Virus record (IMG/VR): IMGVR_UViG_3300020474_000001
Location: 143,656 to 207,655 of that record
Length of the DNA: 64,000 bases
Reading direction: 5' to 3' (one strand)
The notes under the pieces: generated by a model
What the model was told of the DNA's origin: nothing
The model's input: the letters and a program-made list of their open reading frames with translations, nothing else
Databases searched by the model: none
Part shown: positions 32,801 through 40,615 of the stretch, piece by piece
Layout of the letters: every line of letters starts with the position of its first letter
Position numbering within the stretch: position 1 is the first letter of the stretch
Translations under genes and position numbers: made by a program

Positions 32801-35635
32801 ATATCCATGATTTTGGAGGGTAATGCATTTTTTCTGTAAATTTACATTATTTTCTCTTATTGCTCTTCTCTTATTTTGGTAATTTTGACCCGAATTAAGA
32901 ATATTGAAAGATTCGACTGTAAATTTCTTCTCTATAGATTCGATAATGTGATCACCAACACCCAATGCAGTTAAATTTACTGGATTTGAACCTGAAATAG
33001 AGTCATCTCTTGTATTGTATAGAGAAATTGTATATTCATCTTTGGATTCCACAAAATAATTTGAACCATTAGATAATCCACCGACAGACTGCTGGTCATT
33101 TGTTATATAAACAACTTGTTCTCCTGTTTTAAATTTGTGATATCCGGAGAATATAATTTTATTGTCTGTAGTTGAAATTCCCACAGAATTGAATTTTTCA
33201 AAATGTCTAGATCTCACCATATTTGGAGATACTAATGCCCCAGAACCATTTCCACCAGTAATTGTTACGATTGGTGATTCTTGGTAATCAAATCCAGGAT
33301 TTATAATTCTAAGCTCACTTAAAGATCCTGATACATCTAAAAGTGCTTCAGCACCAGTTCCAAATTTATCAGAAATTGTCAAATCTGGCGGATTTATAAC
33401 ATCAAAGTCAAATCCAGGAGAAAGTACGTCAATTTTCTCAATTTCTCCAAATTTTATACAATCAAAAGATTTGTAATTTAAAATTTCTACACCATTTATC
33501 ATTATTCCAGTAAAACCTGGACTTGTTTCCACTTTTTTTGAAATTTTTTCTGGATTTTTTAATTTTCTAAGTAAATTTTGGTTATCTAAAGACTTTTCTC
33601 TTAATTCATATGGTTCAAGTGTATTATTATTAACAATTTTATCAGAATCTAAAGAAATAAATATAGAATTTTCAATATTTGAGAGACTGAGTGCAAATTT
33701 TACTTCAGTTGAAGAAATTCTTTTGATAAAATATTGCCCAGGATCAAATAAAGATGATAATGTTCTCTCAACAACAGTAAATCCATCTAAAGATGCATCA
33801 GAATCTTCAATTCTTTGCACTTCTACCTCTGGTTTATAGAAAACTGAGTCTCCAGTGTAAAATCCATGATCATTTATGTCTGAAATTGCGAAAATTTCTT
33901 CTCCTTCTTGAAAATTTCCAGAAAAATACAATTTTCTCTCGGCATTTTCTCTTAAATTTGAAGGAATTGATGATGATGCTATCAAATATTCCTCTTCTTC
34001 ATTATGTTTGTATAAATTTTGAACATTTGTGATATAATTATCATCATATTTAAGAATATTTCTCTTAATTTTTACATAATTTGCATCTAGTGAGGAATTG
34101 CAGCGTACTGAAATCACTTTTTCTGATATAATATCAGTTATTTTGCCCGAAACAATTTCTTGAGATGTGGAAATTACCTCAAATTGGTCATTCACTATGA
34201 AATCGTGAGAATTTTTTAGAATTATTTGGTAACTATTATCAAACTCAGCAATTAAATCAATATTTTTAATATCAAACGATGGAGAAGTGTTGTAAATCCA
34301 GTTATCATTCTTAAAATCTTCTTCATAATATCCCAAGTGCTTGAATTTGACTGAAAGATTTTTATGATAACCATAGGTATCATCAGGAAATTCTACTTTT
34401 TCTGGTATTGAGTGAATTCTTACCTTAATAGTATCGTCACCAGACTTTGCATATGCAAATGTATTGATACTAACTGGAGTCGCATCTAAAATTTTTGATG
34501 AAACATTTCTACAACCAAAGAATTGATTGAGAGATTTCATCTTATAAGACACCACACCGTTACTTAAATTGTCATAAGTTACATATATCTCACCCTTTTC
34601 TGGGAAACCTATAGTAGAATCTACAGTAATTGTTGTTGCGCCACTCTCTATATTGCCAATAACTCTTGTTTGTGGATGTACTTTAAAGTCTCCATAGATA
34701 GAACTCTTTAAACCACTATCTCTGTTAGAACCAAGACCAGAGTCTAACTTTGCTTTATAATATATTTCTCCAGTATTTGAGTCATCTATTTTTTCAACAC
34801 CTGTAATTGGTGCAAATGCTTCTCCTATTATATCTTTGTATGGATCTTGACATAGTGTAGATAGGCTTAGCTTATCGGGATTTCCAGAAATAACTTCCAA
34901 AATTATTTCATCGAATGTCTCATAGTTGGAATTTGATGGGGTAAGGAGAAAATCTTTAGGAGTTAGGATTTCAACTTTCTCTCCATATAATAGTTTGAAT
35001 AGTAATTCAAATCCAACTTCAGTTCCTTTTGATGAATAAAAATCTCTACTATTTTGAATAAAGATATTTTCATCAACTGAGTAGTCAAATTTTTTATTTT
35101 CTAGTCCAGGTAAAAGCTGATGTTTTAATTTAAGTAATAGTTCTTTTAAAAATAATGAACTGAGATTATGAATAGTTGCACCGGATGCATGCTTACTGAT
35201 ATTTGTAGATTCAAATGTAAGATCTCCCATCTTATCTTGATCTCTGTATCCAGAAATACCACTAAATCCTCTCACACATCCAGTAAACGAGAAACGAGTT
35301 TTTCCCGTATATGTGATAATTTCATCATCTATCTTGAGAAGTCCATAGGCATCTGGAAATCCATTTGTTCCAGTATAGGAAGTGGATGGATTGATTCTTA
35401 TCGTTCTGTCACCAAACCCAATATCTCCCTGTAAAATTGCAGATTCTGTGCAATTGGTCAGTTCGTCTAACTTTACATACTTGTCTATGTTCTGAATTAA
35501 ATCATATGGACCACCAGGATACTCTTGACCAGTGTAATACTGCTGCAAGAACTCTTCAAAAAGAGGATATTCTTCACGAACATATGTTGGAATCTGGCTC
35601 TTTAAAACCTGACTGATTTTAATTCTTTGAGACAT
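23885..35635 (-). CDS. gp7: Baseplate wedge initiator, 3916 aa
   Basis: Very large ORF between gp6 and gp8; FY.SKGT...F..LF..LYGE motif, IGWAYDGNPIYGPY segment, QDSDYYQKFSY motif and many GSGY repeats. Confidence 0.88.
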   Translation of the reverse strand: MSQRIKISQVLKSQIPTYVREEYPLFEEFLQQYYTGQEYPGGPYDLIQNIDKYVKLDELTNCTESAILQGDIGFGDRTIRINPSTSYTGTNGFPDAYGLLKIDDEIITYTGKTRFSFTGCVRGFSGISGYRDQDKMGDLTFESTNISKHASGATIHNLSSLFLKELLLKLKHQLLPGLENKKFDYSVDENIFIQNSRDFYSSKGTEVGFELLFKLLYGEKVEILTPKDFLLTPSNSNYETFDEIILEVISGNPDKLSLSTLCQDPYKDIIGEAFAPITGVEKIDDSNTGEIYYKAKLDSGLGSNRDSGLKSSIYGDFKVHPQTRVIGNIESGATTITVDSTIGFPEKGEIYVTYDNLSNGVVSYKMKSLNQFFGCRNVSSKILDATPVSINTFAYAKSGDDTIKVRIHSIPEKVEFPDDTYGYHKNLSVKFKHLGYYEEDFKNDNWIYNTSPSFDIKNIDLIAEFDNSYQIILKNSHDFIVNDQFEVISTSQEIVSGKITDIISEKVISVRCNSSLDANYVKIKRNILKYDDNYITNVQNLYKHNEEEEYLIASSSIPSNLRENAERKLYFSGNFQEGEEIFAISDINDHGFYTGDSVFYKPEVEVQRIEDSDASLDGFTVVERTLSSLFDPGQYFIKRISSTEVKFALSLSNIENSIFISLDSDKIVNNNTLEPYELREKSLDNQNLLRKLKNPEKISKKVETSPGFTGIMINGVEILNYKSFDCIKFGEIEKIDVLSPGFDFDVINPPDLTISDKFGTGAEALLDVSGSLSELRIINPGFDYQESPIVTITGGNGSGALVSPNMVRSRHFEKFNSVGISTTDNKIIFSGYHKFKTGEQVVYITNDQQSVGGLSNGSNYFVESKDEYTISLYNTRDDSISGSNPVNLTALGVGDHIIESIEKKFTVESFNILNSGQNYQNKRRAIRENNVNLQKKCITLQNHGYESGEIVEYVSSTGSTIGGLELSKEYYVKKLNDDEFKLSEVSESDDEQKNYIEGKYVNLSSKGSGISIFNYQKIRVDIISKVGISSIGGETFEVVVQPIFRGEISGVHVSSGGVGYGSSEIINYNRDPIVEFNFGVNAQAKTVVNNGEIVDVVILNQGSGYTSPPDLIIIGNGTGAVLTPIIENGFLRDINVISGGFGFTQETFVNIEPSGQDANLNPIVKSWSVNLFEKNISNVEFDDTVLSNGVDSSKGLQSSYIYAPRGLRETIHSIDSNGEKLYGKKDLRKSNNIEVSSINHSPIIGWAYDGNPIYGPYAYSKKDGRGSITQMKSGYKLNIKQGRPPTSIFPEGFFVEDYDYVNSSSEDILDPNNGRFCITPDFPNGTYAYFATLNPTTVESSGPFIKYKKPEFPYLIGNFYQSSPIKFNFERNSNQNHFNFNKSWARNTKPYNLSNSGKNYDYLDVPSDNSQRLVIESIKPGELDSIIVKNPGDYYKVNDRVLFNDVDSGGSNASGRVSHVKGKSVESIRFETVQSDNVEVSSLNQKDTYLITSNTPHDLGNNDIINISGISSNFNLEGTYIASVNPINLRISESIQDSGQTGIVTIFKVLGNNALSEVKENDIYQIDSEKVKVLNINKTQSYIRVLREFDGTSGDSHTIFSRLSEIPRRLKIKSKENYISQQNKEIYFNPVQSIGIGTISGIGIGTTISTDDGSLYIPTKSIYLKDHGLRTGDLVKYKINSGTGIIVSEENVGIGFTLSNNQNLYVARISEDLIGISTVKVGIGSEGSFVGITSDSEASRTLFFNDVGTGIYHSFETTYDNLIGNISKNEIYINTVENHELSAEDGIVLSVNPKESFTHIISYNDDTRRMILDKKSFDQGDVDTQMSSITISNHGLFTGDKIIYTSSNPSDGLLNNQIYYVVFVDSDTIKLSDTYNNSLSHKIVSILTSSSGEIGSVNPKLSIYKDSTLIFDMSDPSLSYLRQSVRYSAFELNFYLDRDYEMIWQESILNANRVGRPGIDSDAKVTLSISDETPKFLYYRLDPIIENIPPESKLELFVDDELLDSSSIIVKDSNYNGVYNIEVLSEKSFKFNTKKIVESESYDPDISDINYATTSLTASGPISKIFVSNKGKNYRKLPKISSIDSQLGENAVLEPLSNSIGKVNSVRISSVKKSYPSDETLRPTACLTQILKVDPLYTIDSISISSNGKPYLVAPKLIVKDSTRNEVIDDLDLNYDLENSSIEVLKNTTRLSNSEPIIIPTQNSNGVGISTISYNEATNDVTVSLNVQYSDTESFPVKVGDRFLIENVINKTSGRGFNSKDYNYTLFEAISTVENIGSSLYGSVTYNISDLIEIGDTIGQFDDTRSFGKLIPESYFPVFSTTLRKSDFLTKETYKLHENIRGKDHSGTIEYWDSETGVMHISSSDDYEVGSSVKGISSKAEGIVTESIRISPYLPLNSSLSVKTSSKTESGFLNNNLQKIQDSDYYQKFSYSVRSRVDYDTWNDDVSPLAHTTGFKKFSDYQLESFVENPNSMIVGLSTGTFEQINNLIGKCNLNSVFDFDLASENNIDGASTKIVFNSKILGDYFESVGNRVLEIDNISEEFNSNPRADEFSEIAPFVFSERRFGKYLTYVKDKRFTQQRQLMVVDLLHDGSDAYMNQYARVETAYDLGSFDYSVFGDRGLLLFYPNKTEINNYDITAVSFNLDETLQSTGTGEIGGALLTTSTESIEEEETTTIFEIDDTYTSFKILVEIDPDPSENQEFEVTEMNIVKIGSDIHILESTKISTDLQVTSSVGFGTYRAYTEDSKIKIDFTPNQNITINSGVANSLVIALKDFSSTDNGFSDLKFGRVESKTTSIAASASPQPEVIAEYQSSDGYDAAYFIVQISDTTNNTVEFSEIILVDTYQEEVPTYDTYQTQYGIISNGETVGTISSRIIFDTSYKTQLIFTPIQNIDVHANVFMTAINISDESKTNLDAIDGLVSSFSGSYEGTHADIKKSFDMTNGGSPIFENIFSGEDSSVVDVSNHSINLQNHFFVTGESLTYNSNASGESNSVFESIEIEPTDFVGIGVTNRLPSSVFAIKVTNNVIKLASTPENALKGTPEFIRFANVGIGSDHKLTSNNQNSKVLVTIDNVIQSPIFSTTLNKTSVRDILITDDKVLVNDVSGLFGGELIQINDEVMLVDSIGVGTTNAIRVRRSQLGTGIYSHTSGADIRKVGGNYNIVDNKINFAEAPYGRVPIGSPTNDPEDRDWTGISTSSNFNGRVFLRSGIPNTSEETYNKNYVFDDISHQFNTINNQFTLKHDSSNVSDIPNPILLINDIFQYPDSVNYSLDQNLGISTITFDDSGDNTISIPRGGSIISVGSSQGFGYQPLVTAGGSAGIASDGTIESISVGNTGSGYRSGIQTVNVSVYNDFNDIEVVGSANVLDGHVTDYVVTNPGSGYTSTTPPKIIVDAPLSYNNIPLVYSSTSSGSGIGTGAVADIIVGNDSKVIDFTLTNSGYGYEIGEVLTLPSGSSVGIPTTTGFQEFIITVDRTVTDKFSAWSLGELVLLDNIEKFIDGTRKIFPLTKSNISQSIISGEGSSVDVQNVLIVFVNNILQIPGEGYIFSGGSLITFTEPLELGDTVEILFYRGSGNIDVIKRNIIETVKRGDEIQIINDPSVGQNSHLKEDTRIAESVESTNIINTNAYFGPGNVSNEDLLRPVIWTKQTEDKIINDQEVGKDRELYEPSINPVSYLINPVGVGQTIIYADTLRPAFDNVSENDKDTSFQNEITLLSQTEVKTENCKVEQYSGDFGVVVGFAVTTDPHNRMIFDLQIPDDSIMRDESLVGTAVTVSQLSSGDYFTISSSLITPESSLVPLISYDTNFNIVGMTTSFIDSTFFVEDAEIISRNIDGVQTTLKRVSCRINRFDSTTAPTVYSGDLVSSGYLGSFSWGKIILKERTKQNTYDPSSLNGYVGISSSTVIRRSIPLQYINYLQ

Positions 35636-35643
35636 GTTTCTAA

Positions 35644-37575
35644 TTATACTCTACTTGGACGAACTAAAGAATATGAACCGTAGCTTGATGATACGATATA
35701 GTTTGATGCTGATGGATCTAATCCAGATGATATATTATCAATGATAGTTTCAAATATACTATTACTAGTATCTAGTTGCAAATAAAGATCTTGCAAACCA
35801 ATTACGTCGTTTGAGCTTGGGCACAGTGACATTTCAATTATAGATTGCCCATTCTTTAACATAGCTCCTGTTATATTGATCGGATTGAGAATAATAATTC
35901 CATTACCATAATTTATGGTACCAACATTCCTTTTTACAATTGTTGGTGTCAAAGAATTCTCTGATGGTAGTGTGAACAAAAATAGAGATCCTGTCTCTAA
36001 GTCAGCATTTGGTAAATCACTTAGGTATACATCTGAGTTTATACCATCAACTTTAAATGCTGTTGTTTTAAGATTATACCCATCAGTAGATTTTATATGA
36101 AAACTATTTCCAAATCCAATAGCATACTCTGCAAAACTATTTAAAACTGGTCTTAAATCTCTTCTAATAGAAATTGATGTAATATTAGATGTAATACCTT
36201 GATGACTATCGTCGATAATCTTTAGGAATTTACTATACTTAAATCTAGATCCATAACGATTCAATTCAGATGAATTTGCATACTTACTTGCATTATTTTG
36301 AACAATAGTAGATACATCTAAATCAGTTACTTGATTTGAGTTATAATAAATTTTTGAATCAACTTCAATGTAGAGATATTTGAGGTCAAGTATCTCAGGA
36401 ACAATTCCTGTGACAGCATATTTCTTTAACCTAAGCTTAATTTCTTGCTTTGCTAAGTTTGATAGGAAATCTCCAGTTTTTGGTTTAATGCTGATAAACA
36501 CCTTTCCATATTGTGGAGGAACTAACTCTTCTCCACCAAATACAGATATTGACTCAGTTTCTGGGTATATTTTACTTGGTATTAATACCTCATAATCTTG
36601 TGCAGTAACAGCTCTATTTTGTGTGCCGTATATTCTTGGCGCATACTTTCGAATTGACTCTACAGATTCGATAGATGTTCCACCATATGATGGGGAAATA
36701 GTTGATATTGCAGATATGCCTTGTGTAGCATTATATTCTGCACCATTTCGTATATAATACAAACTACCAGTAAATGCAAATCCACTTATACCATTTGCAG
36801 CTTCTCCATGAGATGTGATATACTCTGCGGTAATATAGTTACTATCATCTAATTTATCACCAAAAATTCCATCACCAAAGAAGATTTCATATCTCTCATC
36901 TGATGACTCTTGAATATAAAAAACCTTTGAGTTATTTTGTAAGTTTAGAATATCAGTATATAGATTATATGTTGTTGAAGTAGTTGATTGCTCACTATTC
37001 TTTACAGATACATTGATTAAATCAGTATCGATACCGACATTTGGTAATAGAAATTTCTGCCTTGGATTTCTTGTAGAAAATGTAAAAGAAGAACTTAAGA
37101 AAGTTCCTTCATATATTTTTATGCTATCAAATAATGCAATACCGTTTACGACAGGAACAGTGATATCATTTAATATTGAATACACATAAGATTGATTTCC
37201 AATACCAGCACTGGATATTGCAACAGGTCCTTTTCTTAAGGTGATCGTTGAAGGTGCAGGTACAATATTAGTTGCATCAACATTAAAACTTATATTTGCA
37301 GATGAAGCTTTTCTTGACTTTGGCAGATATCCAATATTCTTTGCCAATGATACTACATTCTCTCTTAATGTTGCACTATCAATAAAAACTTCATTTGTTA
37401 CCATATTTGCATTATACGATGTGATATACGTATTGTATGCAAGTAAATTAATGATAGTCGATAAGTTTGAACCTTCAAAATCATAATCCGTAAAGTCCGA
37501 ATTTGATTTTAAATAATCTTTTAATAATTCCTTAATTTGTTCAAAATCTAAACTTGTAAAATTGATAAGTGACAT
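35644..37575 (-). CDS. gp6: Baseplate wedge subunit
   Basis: FTDYDFEGSNLS, SATLRENVVSLAKNIGY and QNRAVTAQDY motifs. Confidence 0.95.
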   Translation of the reverse strand: MSLINFTSLDFEQIKELLKDYLKSNSDFTDYDFEGSNLSTIINLLAYNTYITSYNANMVTNEVFIDSATLRENVVSLAKNIGYLPKSRKASSANISFNVDATNIVPAPSTITLRKGPVAISSAGIGNQSYVYSILNDITVPVVNGIALFDSIKIYEGTFLSSSFTFSTRNPRQKFLLPNVGIDTDLINVSVKNSEQSTTSTTYNLYTDILNLQNNSKVFYIQESSDERYEIFFGDGIFGDKLDDSNYITAEYITSHGEAANGISGFAFTGSLYYIRNGAEYNATQGISAISTISPSYGGTSIESVESIRKYAPRIYGTQNRAVTAQDYEVLIPSKIYPETESISVFGGEELVPPQYGKVFISIKPKTGDFLSNLAKQEIKLRLKKYAVTGIVPEILDLKYLYIEVDSKIYYNSNQVTDLDVSTIVQNNASKYANSSELNRYGSRFKYSKFLKIIDDSHQGITSNITSISIRRDLRPVLNSFAEYAIGFGNSFHIKSTDGYNLKTTAFKVDGINSDVYLSDLPNADLETGSLFLFTLPSENSLTPTIVKRNVGTINYGNGIIILNPINITGAMLKNGQSIIEMSLCPSSNDVIGLQDLYLQLDTSNSIFETIIDNISSGLDPSASNYIVSSSYGSYSLVRPSRV

Positions 37576-37580
37576 CTTCT

Positions 37581-37988
37581 TTATCTAGTTGGCTGTAAAA
37601 CAAATTCTAACTGCTGGATTTGTGAATTAATATCAATCCCAATGATTTCATATACAATTGATACATTAAATTCACCATTGTCATAATCTGAACCTACATC
37701 AACTTCGATTAATTTCACTCTTGGTTCATAATTTATAATGGAATTCTCAATTTTATCTTTGAGGATGTTTGCACTAAAGGTATCTATGTTCTCAAACAAT
37801 GATGCGGTAACATCCGTACCAAAATCATAGTCAAAAAATTTCTCACCAAATTGGGTATACACAATATTCCGAACACTTCGGGCAATTGCAGTCTCATTCT
37901 TTACTGGAAATATATCATCAGTTAATGGGTTCTTCTTAAATGATAAACTAATATCCTTAAACCCCTTACTGACCCTTTCTAGTGGCAT
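37581..37988 (-). CDS. gp25: Baseplate wedge subunit
   Basis: FKDISLSF..NP, GEKFF...FG and IINYEPRV motifs. Confidence 0.93.
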   Translation of the reverse strand: MPLERVSKGFKDISLSFKKNPLTDDIFPVKNETAIARSVRNIVYTQFGEKFFDYDFGTDVTASLFENIDTFSANILKDKIENSIINYEPRVKLIEVDVGSDYDNGEFNVSIVYEIIGIDINSQIQQLEFVLQPTR

Positions 37989-37994
37989 TTAAAT

Positions 37995-38132
37995 TTATAA
38001 ATCTTCTTTTTTATTTATTCCCTTTTTTTCAGATTTTTTCTGCTTCAAGTACTTATCACTACTTACTTCCGTAATTAGTGTCATTCCTGATTCAATAAAA
38101 TTTTTGCTTTTGTCAACTGGTGAATTGCCCAT
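37995..38132 (-). CDS. Small 45-aa hypothetical protein (not in ORF track)
   Basis: Manual translation MGNSPVDKSKNFIESGMTLITEVSSDKYLKQKKSEKKGINKKEDL; GGAG RBS; GATAAATA late-type box upstream. Confidence 0.6.
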   Translation of the reverse strand: MGNSPVDKSKNFIESGMTLITEVSSDKYLKQKKSEKKGINKKEDL

Positions 38133-38237
38133 AATAGTCTCCGAGATACTACTGTAAGAACTTTTGTATGGGGTTTCTATCCCGCTGCTCAGATGTATTT
38201 ATCAAAGAGCTACGTCGCGCCGTATAAACCCCTATAT

Positions 38238-38272
38238 AAAAAAATGAGAGCGCCCCATTGAGACACTCTCAT
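38238..38272 (-). terminator. Intrinsic terminator
   Basis: ATGAGAG/CTCTCAT inverted repeat followed by a T-run on the minus strand, just after ORF 38279-38419. Confidence 0.6.
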
Positions 38273-38278
38273 AAACAC

Positions 38279-38419
38279 TTAACCTTTCCCTTGTCCTCGA
38301 TAACGCTTTCGAGCTTTGTTACGTGAACTGGCAGCATACTTTGTATGTTTCCCAGCACCTTGTCTTGTGTTCTTGGGAGTTGGTACAATTAAATCGCCAG
38401 TCTTACTTCGCATTGCCAT
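38279..38419 (-). CDS. Small highly basic 46-aa protein (not in ORF track)
   Basis: Manual translation MAMRSKTGDLIVPTPKNTRQGAGKHTKYAASSRNKARKRYRGQGKG. Confidence 0.7.
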   Translation of the reverse strand: MAMRSKTGDLIVPTPKNTRQGAGKHTKYAASSRNKARKRYRGQGKG

Positions 38420-38430
38420 AATTCTTTACC

Positions 38431-39210
38431 TCAAATAATACGAGTCTTTTCATGTCCGACACGAATGCGTGGATCACAGAGAATACTAAAACCAGCTTTC
38501 TTTGCATCTAAACAAAAACTGACATCCTCGCCACACATGTCCTGCACTTCACCACTCTCAAATACTTGCATCTTAGGTGCAAACCATGGATATGGTAATC
38601 CCTTATCCTCAAATACTCCCTTCCGAATTAACATCCACCCAAATCCTGCATAATCTACAGTGAATGGTTCGGTACGACCACTTAGACTTGTTAATGTCTC
38701 GTGATTCATTACCCCACCGTTATCCTTGAATCCATTCTCATCCATCCAATGTGCAACACTCGATGACTTGCCATCTTCTGTACAATACCATCCAGTCGTA
38801 ATTGCATTCTTCTTTCCTTCCTCAGGTTCTGCTAATGCACATAACTGCCAGAATTTCTCCGTGTTGAATACAATATCACTATCAATCCATAATTGATAAT
38901 CATACTCTAACTTACCGTCCCATGGCTCTTGGTCGGGTCCCCTCAATACATTGGCACCCAAACATTTGCAACGGGCGAAATTTACCATTGAACTGTAATC
39001 TTGACTAATCTGTATAGCCATTCCATTCTGTACTAAGTCAAAACATAATTGCACAAAATTTTTGAGAAATGTATACGATACTCCCCTGCCTGGAAGGCAA
39101 AATACAATCGTCTTCCCTCTCATACTCTCTTTGATACTCTCGTAATCCCACTCAGGCTCTGATACACTCACAGCAGCGGCATCCTCCTTGATACTGAATC
39201 CTTTAGACAT
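38431..39210 (-). CDS. GT-A fold glycosyltransferase-like protein
   Basis: YDYQLWIDSDIVF (DxD), GFGWMLI and GEDVSFC motifs typical of GT2-like proteins. Confidence 0.75.
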   Translation of the reverse strand: MSKGFSIKEDAAAVSVSEPEWDYESIKESMRGKTIVFCLPGRGVSYTFLKNFVQLCFDLVQNGMAIQISQDYSSMVNFARCKCLGANVLRGPDQEPWDGKLEYDYQLWIDSDIVFNTEKFWQLCALAEPEEGKKNAITTGWYCTEDGKSSSVAHWMDENGFKDNGGVMNHETLTSLSGRTEPFTVDYAGFGWMLIRKGVFEDKGLPYPWFAPKMQVFESGEVQDMCGEDVSFCLDAKKAGFSILCDPRIRVGHEKTRII

Positions 39211-39456
39211 AATCTTTCAATGACTACTCCGTAATTATAACAAATTTATATATACCTGTCAATATTGTTACCCTTGACCACCCTTTTATATCCCACGGAT
39301 TTTTTTCTGAAACCTTATACAAAAACCCTTTTTGGGTGGCAAAAATTTTTGGCGTTTTTTTATATACATCGCGTTTTGTCACCTCTGTAGGTTAGGGATG
39401 TTTGCTTTTTTTAATACGCGCAAATATAAACAATTAACAATAAATCGTAATTACTG

Positions 39457-39584
39457 TGTATTACTAATAGATAGTGATTTGCTATGTATTACTAATAGAT
39501 AGTGATTTGTTATTTGATAATTAGCAGATTACTATTTGATAATTAAGCGATTGCTATGTAATAAGAATAGATAGCAATCGCTTA
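39457..39584. repeat. AT-rich direct repeats plus a perfect 14-bp inverted repeat
   Basis: TGTATTACTAATAGATAGTGATTTG x2 (39457, 39485); TATTTGATAATTA x2 (39511, 39533); TAAGCGATTGCTAT-13nt-ATAGCAATCGCTTA (39544-39584). Confidence 0.85.
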
Positions 39585-39612
39585 TATATTACTATATTGT
39601 GGATAGTCAATA

Positions 39613-39855
39613 TTAATAGTCTGCCCATTCTGCTAGCATTTCATTCAATCGCGCAACGTCCAAATCAGCATGCTTCCAATACACACCATCAGGAGTAACT
39701 GCACCGTAAAGTTCAACTAATTGGTGCGAGAGTGACTTATAACCGTGCTCCGCAAACATACGAGCAAGGTTATACATTCCCTCATCATTACCCAACCAGA
39801 GAGCAACATTCCAGGTTTCGTAGTTTGCCCAACCGTTGCAAGTTTGAGTGCTCAT
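39613..39855 (-). CDS. Early hypothetical protein (NGWANYETWNVALW motif)
   Basis: Clean 80-aa ORF; motif recalled from cyanophage early proteins. Confidence 0.75.
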   Translation of the reverse strand: MSTQTCNGWANYETWNVALWLGNDEGMYNLARMFAEHGYKSLSHQLVELYGAVTPDGVYWKHADLDVARLNEMLAEWADY

Positions 39856-39892
39856 AATTCAGGGGGAAGATGTAAAGAATGGGGAGCGTTGC

Positions 39893-40084
39893 CTAGTCAA
39901 GGAGAACAGCAGCGTGATCGTTAGCGAAGCGGCGAGCGTTACAGGCAGCGATCTGCCATGCGGGACGCCCTGCTGAGGGTTCAGGGAACGCTGCGGAAAT
40001 GGCAGCATCGACGCCCTGGTGGATGGAGCGTTCAACCCATACGTGGGAACGATCAGAGAGGGAGCAAGCGGGAGAGAAGGGCAT
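39893..40084 (-). CDS. Early hypothetical protein
   Basis: 63-aa ORF with pyrimidine-rich leader, in series with its neighbours. Confidence 0.5.
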   Translation of the reverse strand: MPFSPACSLSDRSHVWVERSIHQGVDAAISAAFPEPSAGRPAWQIAACNARRFANDHAAVLLD

Positions 40085-40142
40085 TGGAAGAACGGGGGGA
40101 GAGATACATGGGGGCGACGATGCCCCCGCTGTGTTGTGGTGC

Positions 40143-40361
40143 TTAGGGGAACATCAAGTCGGTAAAGCGCTCGGAGTGCCATGCCCGCAACTCGCCTAGG
40201 TCGATTCGCTCGCCCATCAGGCGTCCGTAGTCGATGGCGAACTGCTGTAGAAGGCAAAGTTCAGGATTAACAGGGTCCCAGACATAGCGAACTGCCTCTG
40301 GAAAGGAGATGGTGCCATTGGCATCAGCGGTGGGCATTGGTTTCGTTTGAACTAAACCCAT
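40143..40361 (-). CDS. Early hypothetical protein
   Basis: 72-aa ORF downstream of the palindromic promoter at 40397. Confidence 0.6.
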   Translation of the reverse strand: MGLVQTKPMPTADANGTISFPEAVRYVWDPVNPELCLLQQFAIDYGRLMGERIDLGELRAWHSERFTDLMFP

Positions 40362-40396
40362 AATCGCCGAGATCTCAGGAGAAATCTATAGGCACT

Positions 40397-40418
40397 GTGC
40401 CAGTTTGCCAACTGGTTT
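40397..40418. promoter_or_regulatory. Early palindromic element (first of about 15 copies)
   Basis: GTGCCAGT-N6-ACTGGTTT. Other copies at 40598, 41415, 41587, 42708, 43142, 43293, 43316, 43459, 45375, 47043, 47446, 49875, 51635, 54335 and 59734. Confidence 0.75.
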
Positions 40419-40483
40419 TGACTGGTTTTGAAATGTTAAGAGTTGTGAAATATTCGCGATTCTGCCTCTCGGTGCGCTACACT

Positions 40484-40558
40484 ATGGGAGACAACCAAAG
40501 GAGGGGTGAGGTAGCCCTGATGACGCCAACGGTCGCCACTCCCCCTGCAATCAATTAA
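40484..40558 (+). ncRNA. Repeated module copy 1: hairpin RNA / mini-ORF MTPTVATPPAIN
   Basis: -10 TACACT at 40478; GA-GGGG-tgaggtag-CCCT-GA hairpin; ATG 40520 to TAA 40558. Confidence 0.5.
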
Positions 40559-40615
40559 GTATATCATTTTGTTACAAAATCCCTGTCAATGGGTTGTGTG
40601 CCACTATGGCGGGTG

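Noticed and set aside
170-37486. Numerous plus-strand and alternative-frame ORFs of 60-127 aa inside structural genes
   Set aside because: They are antisense or shadow ORFs of AT-rich conserved genes, with no recognisable motifs or RBS.
39859-40257. 132-aa minus-strand ORF and overlapping plus-strand ORFs 39958 and 39999
   Set aside because: They overlap two better ORFs in other frames, have Pro/Arg/Ser-rich shadow-ORF composition, and are explained by local high GC.
40490-40530. Fluoride riboswitch (CUGAUGACGCC resembles its 3' end)
   Set aside because: The required 5' GAUGGnGUUC element is absent, and the other copies do not keep the 3' sequence.
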